Source: Chrysomallon squamiferum
Lineage: Eukaryota > Animalia > Mollusca
DNA: 64,000 nucleotides
Assembly (NCBI GenBank): GCA_012295275.1
Contig: CM022665.1
Coordinates: forward strand, 35,836,001-35,900,000
Direction of reading: 5' to 3'
Positions 25,493 to 38,604 of the stretch are shown piece after piece (the first letter of the stretch is position 1; every line of letters begins with the position of its first letter). The position numbers were made by a program, and so were the translations under genes. The notes under the pieces are model-generated. The model searched no databases. It worked only from the letters and a program-made list of their open reading frames with translations, and was not told the origin of the DNA.

Positions 25493-28434
25493 TTATTATC
25501 ATCATTTTACCATATTATACAAATCTCGTCTGCTGTGCCGTGATCAGGCCAGAGACCGCAAACCGGAAGTGAAAACTGAATAAATCAATTAGAGAATTAG
25601 TCGCTGTGATCTTGCTGTATAATCACAGCCATCATTTGTAGCCATGTTCGTGTGTGTTGTCAATTTGAACCTAGCCGTTTGCTAAAGATCTTCGATCGGG
25701 CGTTATTATGCCAATTACTTCTGTAAACAAAATCACTAGGGATGTGCGAGCGTCGAATACTCATTTGGTCTCCTGGGTTTCGTTTTAAAATCAGATCGCT
25801 TGATTTTTGCCCGAAACTTTCAGCGACGGCGTCCAGAGGTGACGGAACACGCGCTGTACGGGCCTGTTACAGAAATCAACAGCTAATTTGGGTTTAATGA
25901 TTATTCGTGAGCGGAATTCGTATGTCCGTAAAACGGATGAAGGACGTAATTGAATAAAGGCCAGATGAATTTGATTTCTTTTTCTGTGATTGTAGTTGGA
26001 AATCAAGGAAACAGATTTGACAGGGCAGTTTGTTCTTTTTATTTTCATTTTTAAAATTTTCTTTCACTTCTCACAGTTACAAGATGTAAAGTCGTTGTTA
26101 TGAGGAAAATAGTCTGTGTTTAATAAAAGCGAATTGTATGGGCGGGCAGTTTTGTACGGTCATGTTCTGCGAAATAATGACGGTAATATATATATATATT
26201 CAACAACAACAACAGCAATAATAATAGCAAATAAAAAAATAATAAAAAATAAAATATAATAAAATAAAATAAAATAAAATAAATAAATAATGCTGAGATT
26301 GATAATTGTGATAATAATAATAATATCAGTGTATGGTTATATGACTGAGTGTATACATTTTTGTTTGTAAGGGTGTGTGTGCAACGGTATGTGTCTCTGA
26401 AATATTGTAATAATATTAAATTTATTCGTATTCATTCGTTACTCTTTTTTTTAAAAATAAATCATAGATTTGTAACGTTTTTGGAATAAACATTATCATT
26501 TAGTTATTTGAAATTTTTATGTTCAGCATAAGTTGTGAGTTTGCTGGTTCGTGCATATTTTTGTTCTGTATAAAACAAAATAATAATAATTTAAAATGGG
26601 AAGTAAAAATAAAGAAAAAGCCGTTATAAAAACATTAAACCTCTTCTCATAATTATTGCTATGACTTTTAAATTTTAGAATTGCAAAGTCCTCTTTTGTT
26701 TACTATTCACAGTAAAATTAAAAGGTAAATAAAAAAAAATGCTTGATTATATAATCAGAATAGATCAGAACTGTTTTTAAAAAGTTAAATATTAATGCAC
26801 TACTAATTCTAAAACGTGTCTTTTGAGTAATTCTAAAACATTTATAATTATTATAATCAAATAATATTATTATTGTTGTTGTTGCTGTTATATCCGTAGA
26901 GATATTTCAGAACATATTCTCATGATTCTAAACTGCATTATCATAATAATGTCTTCAAAGTCAACTTTACTGTCATAATCCATATACTCATTCTTGCTAT
27001 CATCATCATTATTATCGTCATTGTTACCATCATCTCCATCGTTATCACTACCTCGTAACCATTCATTCCATAAATTCACTGAGATGAAGATAATATTATA
27101 TAACCAAAATTAGCCAGAGAGGACATCAGCTGTCATCATTACATTTTCAAAGCCAGACGACATTTTAGGCTACAAGAAATTAATGTTCATGAAAGCTGTC
27201 TATTCCCTCGTGGAAGGGTTAAAGCATACCGCTGCTTCTAATAACTATATCGTGTTGTGCTGGCAACATCTTCGGCACCAATACTGCATAAATATTCTTT
27301 CCACAGTCTTCTATAAGATGAATATGACCAGAAAGTCTTGGCTGCTAGTGACGTATATAGTAGCCAAATTGCTCAATTACTCCTATTAGTTTTTTCGATT
27401 TGACTTAATTTGCCTAAATGAGTAGGAAAGAGCTGGGAGCAGAGAGCACAAATTCCAAGCAAGGAGCCATTTACGTATTGCAAAGACTCTTAGTACCTCA
27501 TTTCCTGGATAATCAGAGCCGGCCGAGGACTGTTTGGGATAATTTTTGACGCATTGCTTCTGAAGATTTAATCCGGTTCCCTGGGTTTATGTCATTGTGA
27601 AAGCCGCAGTTTTGCTGGTTCGCCAGACGGCGTTATTTCGTGCCCTGTTTGAGCAGCAATTTTCAAAATGAGCTTCAAAACACCCCAGGTTACACGGCGC
27701 GTTTGGCGCAGGAAACTGAGGCCGTTTGCGAGGAAGTGCGTCCGCTGTATAATCAGAAGATAATCACAGTATAATCACGATGAAATCACGATATAATCAC
27801 GATATAATCACCAGAATGGATTTGATAAAGAAAATCCGCCTCTGGTTTCTCGGATCTATTTAAATGTAATTTCGTGTTTCTTTTGCTTTTTACTTCTTCT
27901 TTTCGTATTTTTTAATTTTATATTTTTTTTTAATTTCTAACCTATTTATCCTGGGTGGTTGTTATAGACGGAGTTAATATTTTCGTTAATGGAGAAATGT
28001 CAGGCGGAACAATTTTCTTGCTACTCATTGTCACACTTCTAATGTAGTCTAATAGCACGACCTTTTTAACCTTATTATACTTTATGTTTAAACATATATT
28101 CGTAGAATGAAAACGTAATACTTCAGTAATTACTGTTGTAATTGCAAAACTCTAATAATGATAATGTAACAATAAGTGCATTATTATAAGGATCGCGTTA
28201 ATATTGCTATTTAATCTAGCATAGCTATTACTATGTTAAATATAAAAAAATATATACCATAACAGTATTTTGAGCTATTAGTTTAATATCTCAGGTTAAT
28301 TAATTAATTTATAAAAATATATTTAAAATAAAATTTGATTATAAAATTATTACGTTTGCTATTTAAACTAAAGAACTAGAATCCTTGTTTCTAATATATA
28401 TATTATATATACACACATATACATATACATATAC

Positions 28435-28485
<51 letters not shown>

Positions 28486-28906
28486 TATGTACACACAGAT
28501 ATATGTATATATATATATATACGCACATACATTTTAAAAACTAAACAATTTGGTTATGTTGTTTTATTTTGAATTTCAAAGTTTGGTATTAAAATAACAT
28601 GTAAACTATAAGGTTTGGCAATAATATTGTTACTTCAAATATAAAAACTTGTATTATCACTGTTATTTAACTATAAACTTTGGCAGTAGTATTACTATAT
28701 GTATTTGAAATTAAAATTAATATGACCGTATAATTATAAATTTAGATTAATACAAAAATGTTTTCAGTTAGTGATGTTAACTTCTGTTATATAATTATCA
28801 ATATTCGTATTGCTATTGTTATTTGAATATGAAGTTTTATAGTATCATATCCTAATTTAAACTGTCTGTAAAACAAAATCTTAATTTTCTTATTTGTTAC
28901 ATAAAT

Positions 28907-29000
<94 letters not shown>

Positions 29001-29706
29001 TTATATAAAAAATATAAGTTTAGTACAATAAGATTTTTTTAGAGACAGCCTAAACAAAACAAATGAAAAAGAGAAAAGAGAGAAGAGAAAAAAAAGATCC
29101 TCCAATTAAATGATAAAGAAAAAGTAATAGTTTCATTAACACAAATTATTATTATTATTATTGTTCTTGTTGTTTTTGTTGGTTTGTATACAGACACAGG
29201 GCTTACATGAGTTTATAATATTTGCTTTGTTCTTTATACATGTTGTTAGTATCCGTGCGCATGGCATCCACTTTTTTTTAATTCTAATAAATACTACTTC
29301 TAATGTTTTTTTTTTCTTCGTTTTTTTTTCATCACTTTAAATATTTATTATCATTATTACTTTAAAAACAAATAAATAAATGCTAAGATAATAATTAGAA
29401 ATTAATTAAAACTAGCAACAATAACAATATATAAATAAACTAGTAATAAAAGAATAATTCTAAATATAAAGAATACCTCAAAATAAATAAAATAAAATAA
29501 AATAAAATAACAGTAATAAAAAGTAAATAAAAATATTTTTAATGTATGTATTTCACATATTAATATTTGTTATATAATACAAGCTAAATCTATTTTGTTA
29601 AGAGGTTTTTTTATTACTTATAGTCTTCTTTTTTCTTTTTTTTCTTTATATTTTTATATATCGCTATTTCATTTTCATTTTTTGTTATATTTGTATCAGA
29701 ATAAAT

Positions 29707-29772
<66 letters not shown>

Positions 29773-29805
29773 GACAAAACACCAGCATCAACACTACTAC
29801 TACTG

Positions 29806-29854
<49 letters not shown>

Positions 29855-30761
29855 AACTGCTAATAATAATAAGTTACTTTTAGTTTAATTCTATAATAAT
29901 AAATATTTTAATTAAATATTTGTTCTGGGTATCTGGGTGTTAGTGTAAAGTATATGATAAATTAACGTAAATTTATACTTATTATAACATCACAATAATT
30001 GTATCAGTCACAAACTGAAATTCACACGTATTTATATTTACCTGTGTGTTTTGCCAGTAAGCATCTGGGTATTCTGCAAATCCCATGGTATGTGTCACAT
30101 AAACTTGTATATTTCTTTGAAACAGGGTCAGTGTATATACAAAGTAATATAATTCTGTGCTCCACGCAACTACCTGTCAGCTCTCTAGATATGTTACATT
30201 TGTCCAGTTGTCTCGTTAATTCGGCTAACACTTCTTTTCGATAATCTGTCCCATAAAAAGCCACCCCGATGAACAGCGAATGGGAACCATTACGGAATCT
30301 ACGGGGTATTCCGATAATTGCCGGTCGGGAAGTTTCGCGGGTCTTTCTCCGGAAGCAGTTAGGTCGTCTGGCTTTTACGAAGGCGTCTGGTTTCGTTACG
30401 ATCCCAAATTTCTTTTTCTTTCTCTTTTTATTCTACTACAACCTATTTGGTAAGTATGTAACAGAAAAGAAAAGAAGTAATAACAATTATTCATTAGTTT
30501 TTGTCAGGTTCTGGTTCAGGATGTTTTTGTTATTCTGACAATGAATGGATGAGATAAGAACGTACTCCATTACATTATAATTGGTGACAGCCGTTAAGAC
30601 GATTGTTGTAAGATAAATTGTTTTATTAGTGTAATTGAGAAACGCAAAATTACATTAAATTAAAGTTGTATTGTTTTTTTTTTTTTTTTTTTTAAGGGAA
30701 AAAAAAAAAAAAGAGAGAGAGAGAGAGCAAAACCAATATTGTTGTTCTTGTTATAGCTCAA

Positions 30762-30820
<59 letters not shown>

Positions 30821-31100
30821 CCCAAACAAACAAACAAAACAACCAAAAATAACTAGAATTTACAATAGTGACAAATACGTAGAATTAAAAAATGGTCAGC
30901 AGAAGAAACATCATTTTTTTCCCCTTCTGTTTTGTCTGTTAGATACTATTGTTGTCGCTGTAAATATCAATTTTTAATTCAAACACCATAATTATCATTA
31001 TCTTCATTTTATTTTTGTTATTACCATCGTCGTCGAGGCTTCAGCTGCTGCTGTTATTGCTGGTGGTAGAGCTGTATTACACTCTTCTTTTTTATGTGGT

Positions 31101-31140
<40 letters not shown>

Positions 31141-33523
31141 TCTGACTCGCTAAAATCATTTATTTACTTATGCATCATGCTTCACCTGCTACTGTATTAC
31201 TGACCGTTCCTTACCTGTAAATAAAAATATTTTTCTTTTAAACTAACAGGTAGTTGACACCTGTTTGACTCATAGACGGTCAAATTGCAATTAGGTGGAC
31301 GGCGTGATCGCGATATAAGCACAAACGACCACGTCTCAAAGGATTTCTCCGTCAGATTACGAACGCTCACCGTAAATAGATGGATCGAGCTTTTTACCTG
31401 TGTAGGTACGGCGAATGATCAAATAAAGAAAAAAGAAAACAAAGTCACACATATAGGGGGCCTTGTAAAGACCGCAACACAAACCTAATTCGATTAGTGA
31501 ATGTACCACGCATTGTGTAAAAAGATAATAACACTCAAACAATGGGAGATAGTTACTTATCGCAATTTCCCGTGTTTGCCACAATGCACGCGGACTCCAT
31601 GTGCTAATTAGTTTATTAATCAGGTAAAGGTGAGCCATCACCTGAATTTACACCTGCTTGCTCATTAACAGATATCAGGTAAGACGTCAGACTTTATGAG
31701 GTAGCCGTAACTCGATTTCAGTTCCGATTTTTTTTTCCCCTTGTTGTTGTGACTTACTTTATTACAATTTTTCGTTCTCGTTATTAGTTAATTTCGAAAT
31801 AAACATATAATATTTTTTGTCTAAAAAACTCCATTGATTGTACAGATTACGTATAATTATTAGCTTAATTTTGTTGCAAAGATAAAGGTGACTGATATAA
31901 TTATTTATTTAATTTAACACACGCAGACACAAATACACATACAATACGTACAAACCAATAACGATACTTAATATATATATATATATAATGTAGTTTGAAA
32001 AATGAATTTAATAAAACAACCAAATCACAAGATTCTAAACGAATATTTAAATACACATCGACATGTTTTAATAACGAATTTATAAAATATATCTTTATAA
32101 ATGAATTTATATAATGTTTTGACTGTAAAAATATTTATCTTATATTTATTTAATTAACCAGACATCGATTATAATCAGTCTATAATGTTAGGTATCATAA
32201 TACACTTTCTGTTTACAGATTAAATTAATATCCAAATTACAGTATCATATTACTATATGCTTTAATTTGTTTAGAAAGGTATTTAAATAATTTTCAACAG
32301 ATAATGATATATTGAAACGTTTAAACGTTTAAGAGGCCAATCGGCTAATCCTAAAGTTGAATTAAATTTAATCAGATGTTTTGTCTGTCTGTTTTATCAG
32401 GGTGGGGTGTCTGGGTCTGTTTTTGTTTTTTGTTTTTAAATAATTTCCATATAGCTATTTATTTTTATTTATTTGTTTAGGTCATTTAACTGTTTGTTAA
32501 AACGTTTCTTTCTTCTACAATTGTTTGTTTATTCAGATAACAAATTTTGTGTATTTTGTTTATTTATTTGTTGTTGTTTTTTTAATTCGGCTGTCTACAT
32601 GCATGTCCGTATCTCCGTATCTCTGTATAATGTGTAAATTAAATTAAAACTTTTTTCAATTTACATTAAAACTTCTGTAACATTCATCAATTTGTTTTAT
32701 TTTTGTACACATTAAAAATTTTATAGTCTTCATTTATATATATATATATAAATTACATTAAAACCTCTGTAAAATTCATGTCATTTCTGTTTCGAATGCA
32801 CTACCACAGCTAAAGTAACGCCTCCTGCAAAATGATTGACATAATTCTTTTCTAACTCTCGCCAAATAACAGAAAATCTTGTGCGTGACGGTTCAGCCAG
32901 AGATCACAACAATGCATTTAAAGCCACATCTTGATGCAATTTTGTCAATTTTGCGCTTCATAAGCCAAATTAGACGCCTGTTTGTGTTGCGTGTGTGACA
33001 TTCCGTGTTCGGCGTAATTCCAGTTAAAGGCCAACGTGAAGACCAATATTCTAGTCTCAATCTTGCCCATCTGAGAGGCGTTGGCAATGAATTCGATATT
33101 TTCCGCGTTAATCAAGCCAACTTTCAATAGACTGTTTGGACTTAAGAGAGCCCAATTGAAGGCGAGGAAATGAGACTGTATTTAGAAGTCCCAGCTAGTC
33201 TAATTCGTTTTGTAAAATTCGACTCCTTTTAATTATTGCTCAATTTCGTTTCGGTTTAATATCCGTATAAAACCGTCAGAGAAAATTTTCGATCTGTCCG
33301 ATTGAGTTTAAGTAAGGGCACTTGTGTATGGATGGCTTTGGTGTGTGTGTATGGGGGGGGGGGCGTTATTTAATCTGCGAGATTTCTCAGAGTTTATTAA
33401 AGATAAGAATAATATTAGTATTGGAATGTTGGTGGGAAGGGTATAATTTAATATGTTAGGTTTTATATCTGTGAGGGTTTCCTAATAAATTTGTTTTTCC
33501 GATTATTATTATTATTATTATTA

Positions 33524-33576
<53 letters not shown>

Positions 33577-33935
33577 ATAATTTTCAATGCTAATACTTCT
33601 AATAATAAGAAATAATGTTTCGCCTGAAAATATTATTTTCATACAAATGTTTTACTATCAAGTTTTTATTTTTTCAATTTTACACTTTTATCAACAGTAA
33701 ATCAGCGCAGTATGAATTTTAAAAAAATTGTCCTAGAAAAGGGAATAAACTAGTTTAGAAAAAAGATGACAAAAAATAATTACCAAATAATAATTAAATT
33801 AATAAAAATATTAAGCAATAATTAATAATTAATAATAATAATCATAATAAAAATAAAAATAATAAAGCAATAATTAATAATAATAATAAGACAACCTTAA
33901 ACAAACGAAAAAAATACAAATAGACAATGAGCAAA

Positions 33936-34000
<65 letters not shown>

Positions 34001-34118
34001 TAACAAAACAAAACAGAAGATAAACGTTTAATTTTTATGTTTACATTTTTTTTTATTAATATCTTCCAGTTTAAAATTATGATTAACTTGATTTAATTTA
34101 ATTATATATATATATATA

Positions 34119-34149
<31 letters not shown>

Positions 34150-34160
34150 TTTTAAAGAAA

Positions 34161-34191
<31 letters not shown>

Positions 34192-34340
34192 ATCCTATAA
34201 ACTAATTTAGAAAACCTAGATGTTTATAATCTAATAAATATATTTAGGACTAATTTTAAATATTTAAACTGCCATATTTACAAGATATAACTAGTCTTTT
34301 ATTGTTGCTGTTGCTATTGTTATTGTTATTGTTATTAGTA

Positions 34341-34679
34341 AGGGCCTGTGCCAGTCTATTTTGCGCCCTAAAGAGGGTCAAATATTTGCTTAGCCCAGCC
34401 CAACAAATTGTCATCTTCGATTTTTGTGAGGTTACTTTGATCTAGACTGATTTAATTTTGACTACTGTTAGTGTTGAAAATAATAAACTGGTTATAAACT
34501 AACAATGACCTGTCTAAAAACTTACGAAGTTAACTACTACCGATCGTTTTTCTTTTCACTATGTTTTGTTTTTTTCTTTTCTTATAACAGTAATTTACAC
34601 CAAATTGCGACTCTTATACATCAGTAATACGCCCCTCTGAAGTCTGCTCTCTAGTTGACCTAATGGTAGTGCCGGCCTT
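34341..34679. mobile_element. Possible old MITE remnant (Harbinger/PIF-like GGCCGGC ends)
   Basis: The left end AGGGCCTGTGCCAG and right end CCTAATGGTAGTGCCGGCCTT are imperfect inverted GC-rich termini around an AT-rich interior. The TSD is not clear. Confidence 0.3.
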
Positions 34680-37381
34680 AGCAGTATTGGTATATTGTTT
34701 TGTTTTTTTGTTGTTTTTTTTAAATTTATTATTATTATTATTATTATTATCGTCTTCATCATTTTACACTTCTGCATTTTAATATTTTGAAAAACAAAAG
34801 ATGAGCTAAATACCTTTATTTATTTGTATTTTTTTTACTTATTTGTTCTTTCGCTGACCTCTTTGTCTCTGAATTATGAACATATATATATCTGTCCATC
34901 TATCTATATGTAATTTTACTTTTGTCAGACTGTCTGTACATAAACAATCACATATAAATACATCTGCTACTCTGTCTACTTTTCCATCGTTTTTTTGTTT
35001 GTTTTCTTAATAACCTCGCAATTCAGATAACAAAAGATAAGAGGATACAAACATATATTAATAATCTCTCTATGACTGCTATGTTTTTTTGAAGCAGTTC
35101 CCGAATAAACTGCTCATTTAGCCTTTGTCGAATTATAATGTCAGAGATGTTCCTGAACGGATGACAAGTCTAATTCCTCAGTCCTTGCTTCTCTCGTTAA
35201 ATTCTTACTGCTCAACAATCCTTCATACCACAGCCTGAAATCTAGCCACCCTCAGCGTAATTCCTCTGACGGGATTCAGTTGTCTTTTGGGTTCTTTTGG
35301 CGGAAGCGAGAAGCATACGACCATCGCTCTACGCCCGCCAAAGACCGCGCGCAGCTGTCGCGTGCCCTCTCGCGCTTGTTATTTTCTCTCAACCACCCTT
35401 AAGATGCTTCCGCCTGTGAGGCGCTTTCGGGACAGAGGGCTTGTTTGATCAGCAAATTAATTGAAATAAATTCGCCTTAATGACAACGGAGCATCCATCG
35501 AGTCTCAATGGTATTGCTATTAAAAGCGATTATGCTATTATGCCCATGCATCTCGGCGAGTTATTTTGCTCCGCCTCACAAGAATGGTTTATGTCTTCTA
35601 GAAGAGGGGGATTACTCTCGATTCCCTGCCCGGTTTCCGGTTTCAAGAGAGGACAGCTTCCTTGAAATGTATTAAAAACTGAGTACTTCATACTATTTTT
35701 ATTTTTTTTCTTCTTCCGTGTACACAAAAGGTATTTAACTCATCTTTTGTTCTAAAAAAAAAAAAAAAAAAAAAAAATTTAAAATAAAATAAGAAAGAAA
35801 GAAATAGAAATAAAGAAAAAATAACAACAGTAATTATAACAGCTATAACAATAATGATGAGAAGAGCAACGGCAACGATAATAAAACGAATAAAATTAAC
35901 TAATGTTACCTTGTCGACATTCAGAAGGATATAAAATTAATTATTTAACACTATTTATAACTTTACATCTTTATATTTTTATGTTATGTAATATAATTAT
36001 TGGTATTTAAAACAGGTAAGGATAGCTGCTATGATAATCACCAGATTAATAAACAAACACACAAACAAACGAACAAACAAATAGATCTGGTTATATTTAA
36101 AGAAAAGTTATTTTAATCCTATTTTATTCTTATCTAATTTCTCGGTCAATCCCCCCATTAAAATAAAATAATAAATAAAAAATATAATTATTATTCATTT
36201 TCATATTGAATGAAATTCTTGATATAGCAAAATAAATCATTTTAAAGAAGAAAAAGGGTTTTACACAATAAATATTAAAATTTGTTATTAATTAATTAAA
36301 TTTAAAGTATTTGTATCCTTGTCTGTTTGTTTATATGTTTATGAACGTTCAGTCTTTTATTGTATAGAATGTTTACAGGCACAGAAATATGCATTATGTA
36401 TACATGTATTATAATAAAATAAACATTATTTTAAAACGAAATTAGGCCTATTTGCTAGTATATATGTACTATCGAATTTTCTCATTTCTCTCCTTTTATA
36501 TAATCATTTCTTCTACTGCTTTAACAAATAAATCCCAGTAGGATTCATTTAAAAAAATAATAATAATAAAAAATAATGTTATCACAGCAATTTAAAGACT
36601 GACAGGAAAACTCGGTGTTCACAGATGTTCAAAATCGTCTAAATTAATAACATTATCACGAAGACAGTTTCCCTACTGCGCCGAAACGCAATCTTCAGTT
36701 AGATTACGCCTAACGTTTGACTGGTCTTAAAGAATCAAGACTGGAATCCTTTCGTGCGAGCCAAGGGGAGTAACTCCCTCATTTGCCACCAACAGAGAGC
36801 TTAATAGGGCGATTAATTACGAAGCAAGCACGACTGTGATGTGCGATAATTTCTCAATCCGCCCCATATTCACGACGTTAAACGAACCCAGAATTAATGT
36901 AACTAAATCCGCCTTGTCTGCATCTAATGCATGTTAAAACTGGAACGTTTTATTTGACATAAATATATACATTTTTGTTTCCAAACTGAAACAGCCATGA
37001 TTAATAGCATCCATGTAGGCCTATAGGTTAAGCAGTTATTATTGTTATTATTACTATATATGTATAACAAACATACTAGTGAAAGTTTCATATTTTTATT
37101 ATATAAATTTGCAGGAAACAGTAACATATTCTGGGTATTAAGAACGTAAAATACAAAGGAAAATAAGAAAATGTTGATTAATTTATTATCAATATGATAT
37201 AGTTAGTTATCAAGTAACCTTTACATCTTCGTCGTAAGAAAATGATATTCTTTTATATAATAATTATAATCATGTGGTTATATAGAGGATGATAAATGAT
37301 TGTAATAAAGAAAAGTAGAATTAATAAAACAAGTTAATTAATTAATTAAAAAAAAAAAAATACCAAAACCCTTCAGTACAG

Positions 37382-37416
<35 letters not shown>

Positions 37417-37423
37417 AAAAAAA

Positions 37424-37483
<60 letters not shown>

Positions 37484-38327
37484 AATAAATAAATAAAAGC
37501 GAAATATTTAAATTTTATTCAGTTTTATTTATTTTTTTTTTTTTTTTAGATTTTAATTTCTATTAAATTCTTATTTGACTTTGTTTTATTAATCTGATCC
37601 ATACAAATTTTCGAAGATAAATAAATAAAGAAAGAAAAACTGATCGTCAAAATTAAAAAAAACACAATTATAAACACAATACGAAAGAAAAAAGTATGTG
37701 CATGTATTGTTCTCGCAAAGTCTATTAACATGGAAAATGTCTTTAAAATATTAAATCGTTAAAAAGTAAACCAACATTTTGCATGTGGAAACAGCCATTA
37801 ATGAAGTAAAAAGGAAGCGGCTAGAAAGACTCAGATTACAGCAGAAATTATTTATAGCAAATATATTACATGGTATGAGTTGTACAGACAACGTTTAAAG
37901 GATTGTTTTCCCCTTCGTAACATGTGACGCGTACAGAAAGTTAACTTTTAATTCAAATAATAAACATATGGACATGTATTTTATGTGATACAGAACCATT
38001 CGCTTCAAACAGAAAGGACGGAATCATTTCAGAGTTTCTTGCTTGCGAGGATAAAAGCTGAGATTAATGTACAACTATTTTGTGAATTCCAAGCTCTAGT
38101 AAACGAATGGTTCCAAAAGTGGGTCTCATCGCTCCCATGAGGGAAAGGTAATTATTTTGCCATTTCTCCTATCTTTCATTCAGTGTGTATGAAAACAATA
38201 TGGGGCGCTGGAGATGAAAACAGGAAGTCAAAGAAGTGGTGACCCCCACATCATTTGGTAACCATTGCTTTAGAGATAGGATAATTGGAATCTTCCCAGA
38301 AAATTGTAATTAAAAAATTAAATGAAG

Positions 38328-38604
38328 TTAATCGTCAGCGTAAGGCTCGGCCTCTTCTAGTTCTATTCTTGCTATTTCTTCGTCCACTTCTTTCTGGTAT
38401 ACTGATATATATTTACCTTTAACTTTGCGACAACGGAAATGATGTCTGCATTTCCAACCTACTACGGCAGCAACTACTGTAGATAGAGCGATAATAGCAC
38501 ACACAAAACCAATGAAGATGGAGAGAAGTGACCGCGGACAACGGAGATCACTAGGGTTCAAGGTCATGAGGTCAAGTCCTTTGTACTTGTCGGGATAGTT
38601 GCAT
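38328..38604 (-). CDS. LRR-TM protein last exon (end of LRRCT, TM helix, cytoplasmic tail)
   Basis: In frame with ORF 38328-38567 after the acceptor at 38605. Confidence 0.9.

Noticed and set aside
26888-27079. Acidic 63-aa ORF (DNDGDDGNNDD)
   Set aside because: Derived from degenerate (ATC)n repeats; no splice or homology support.
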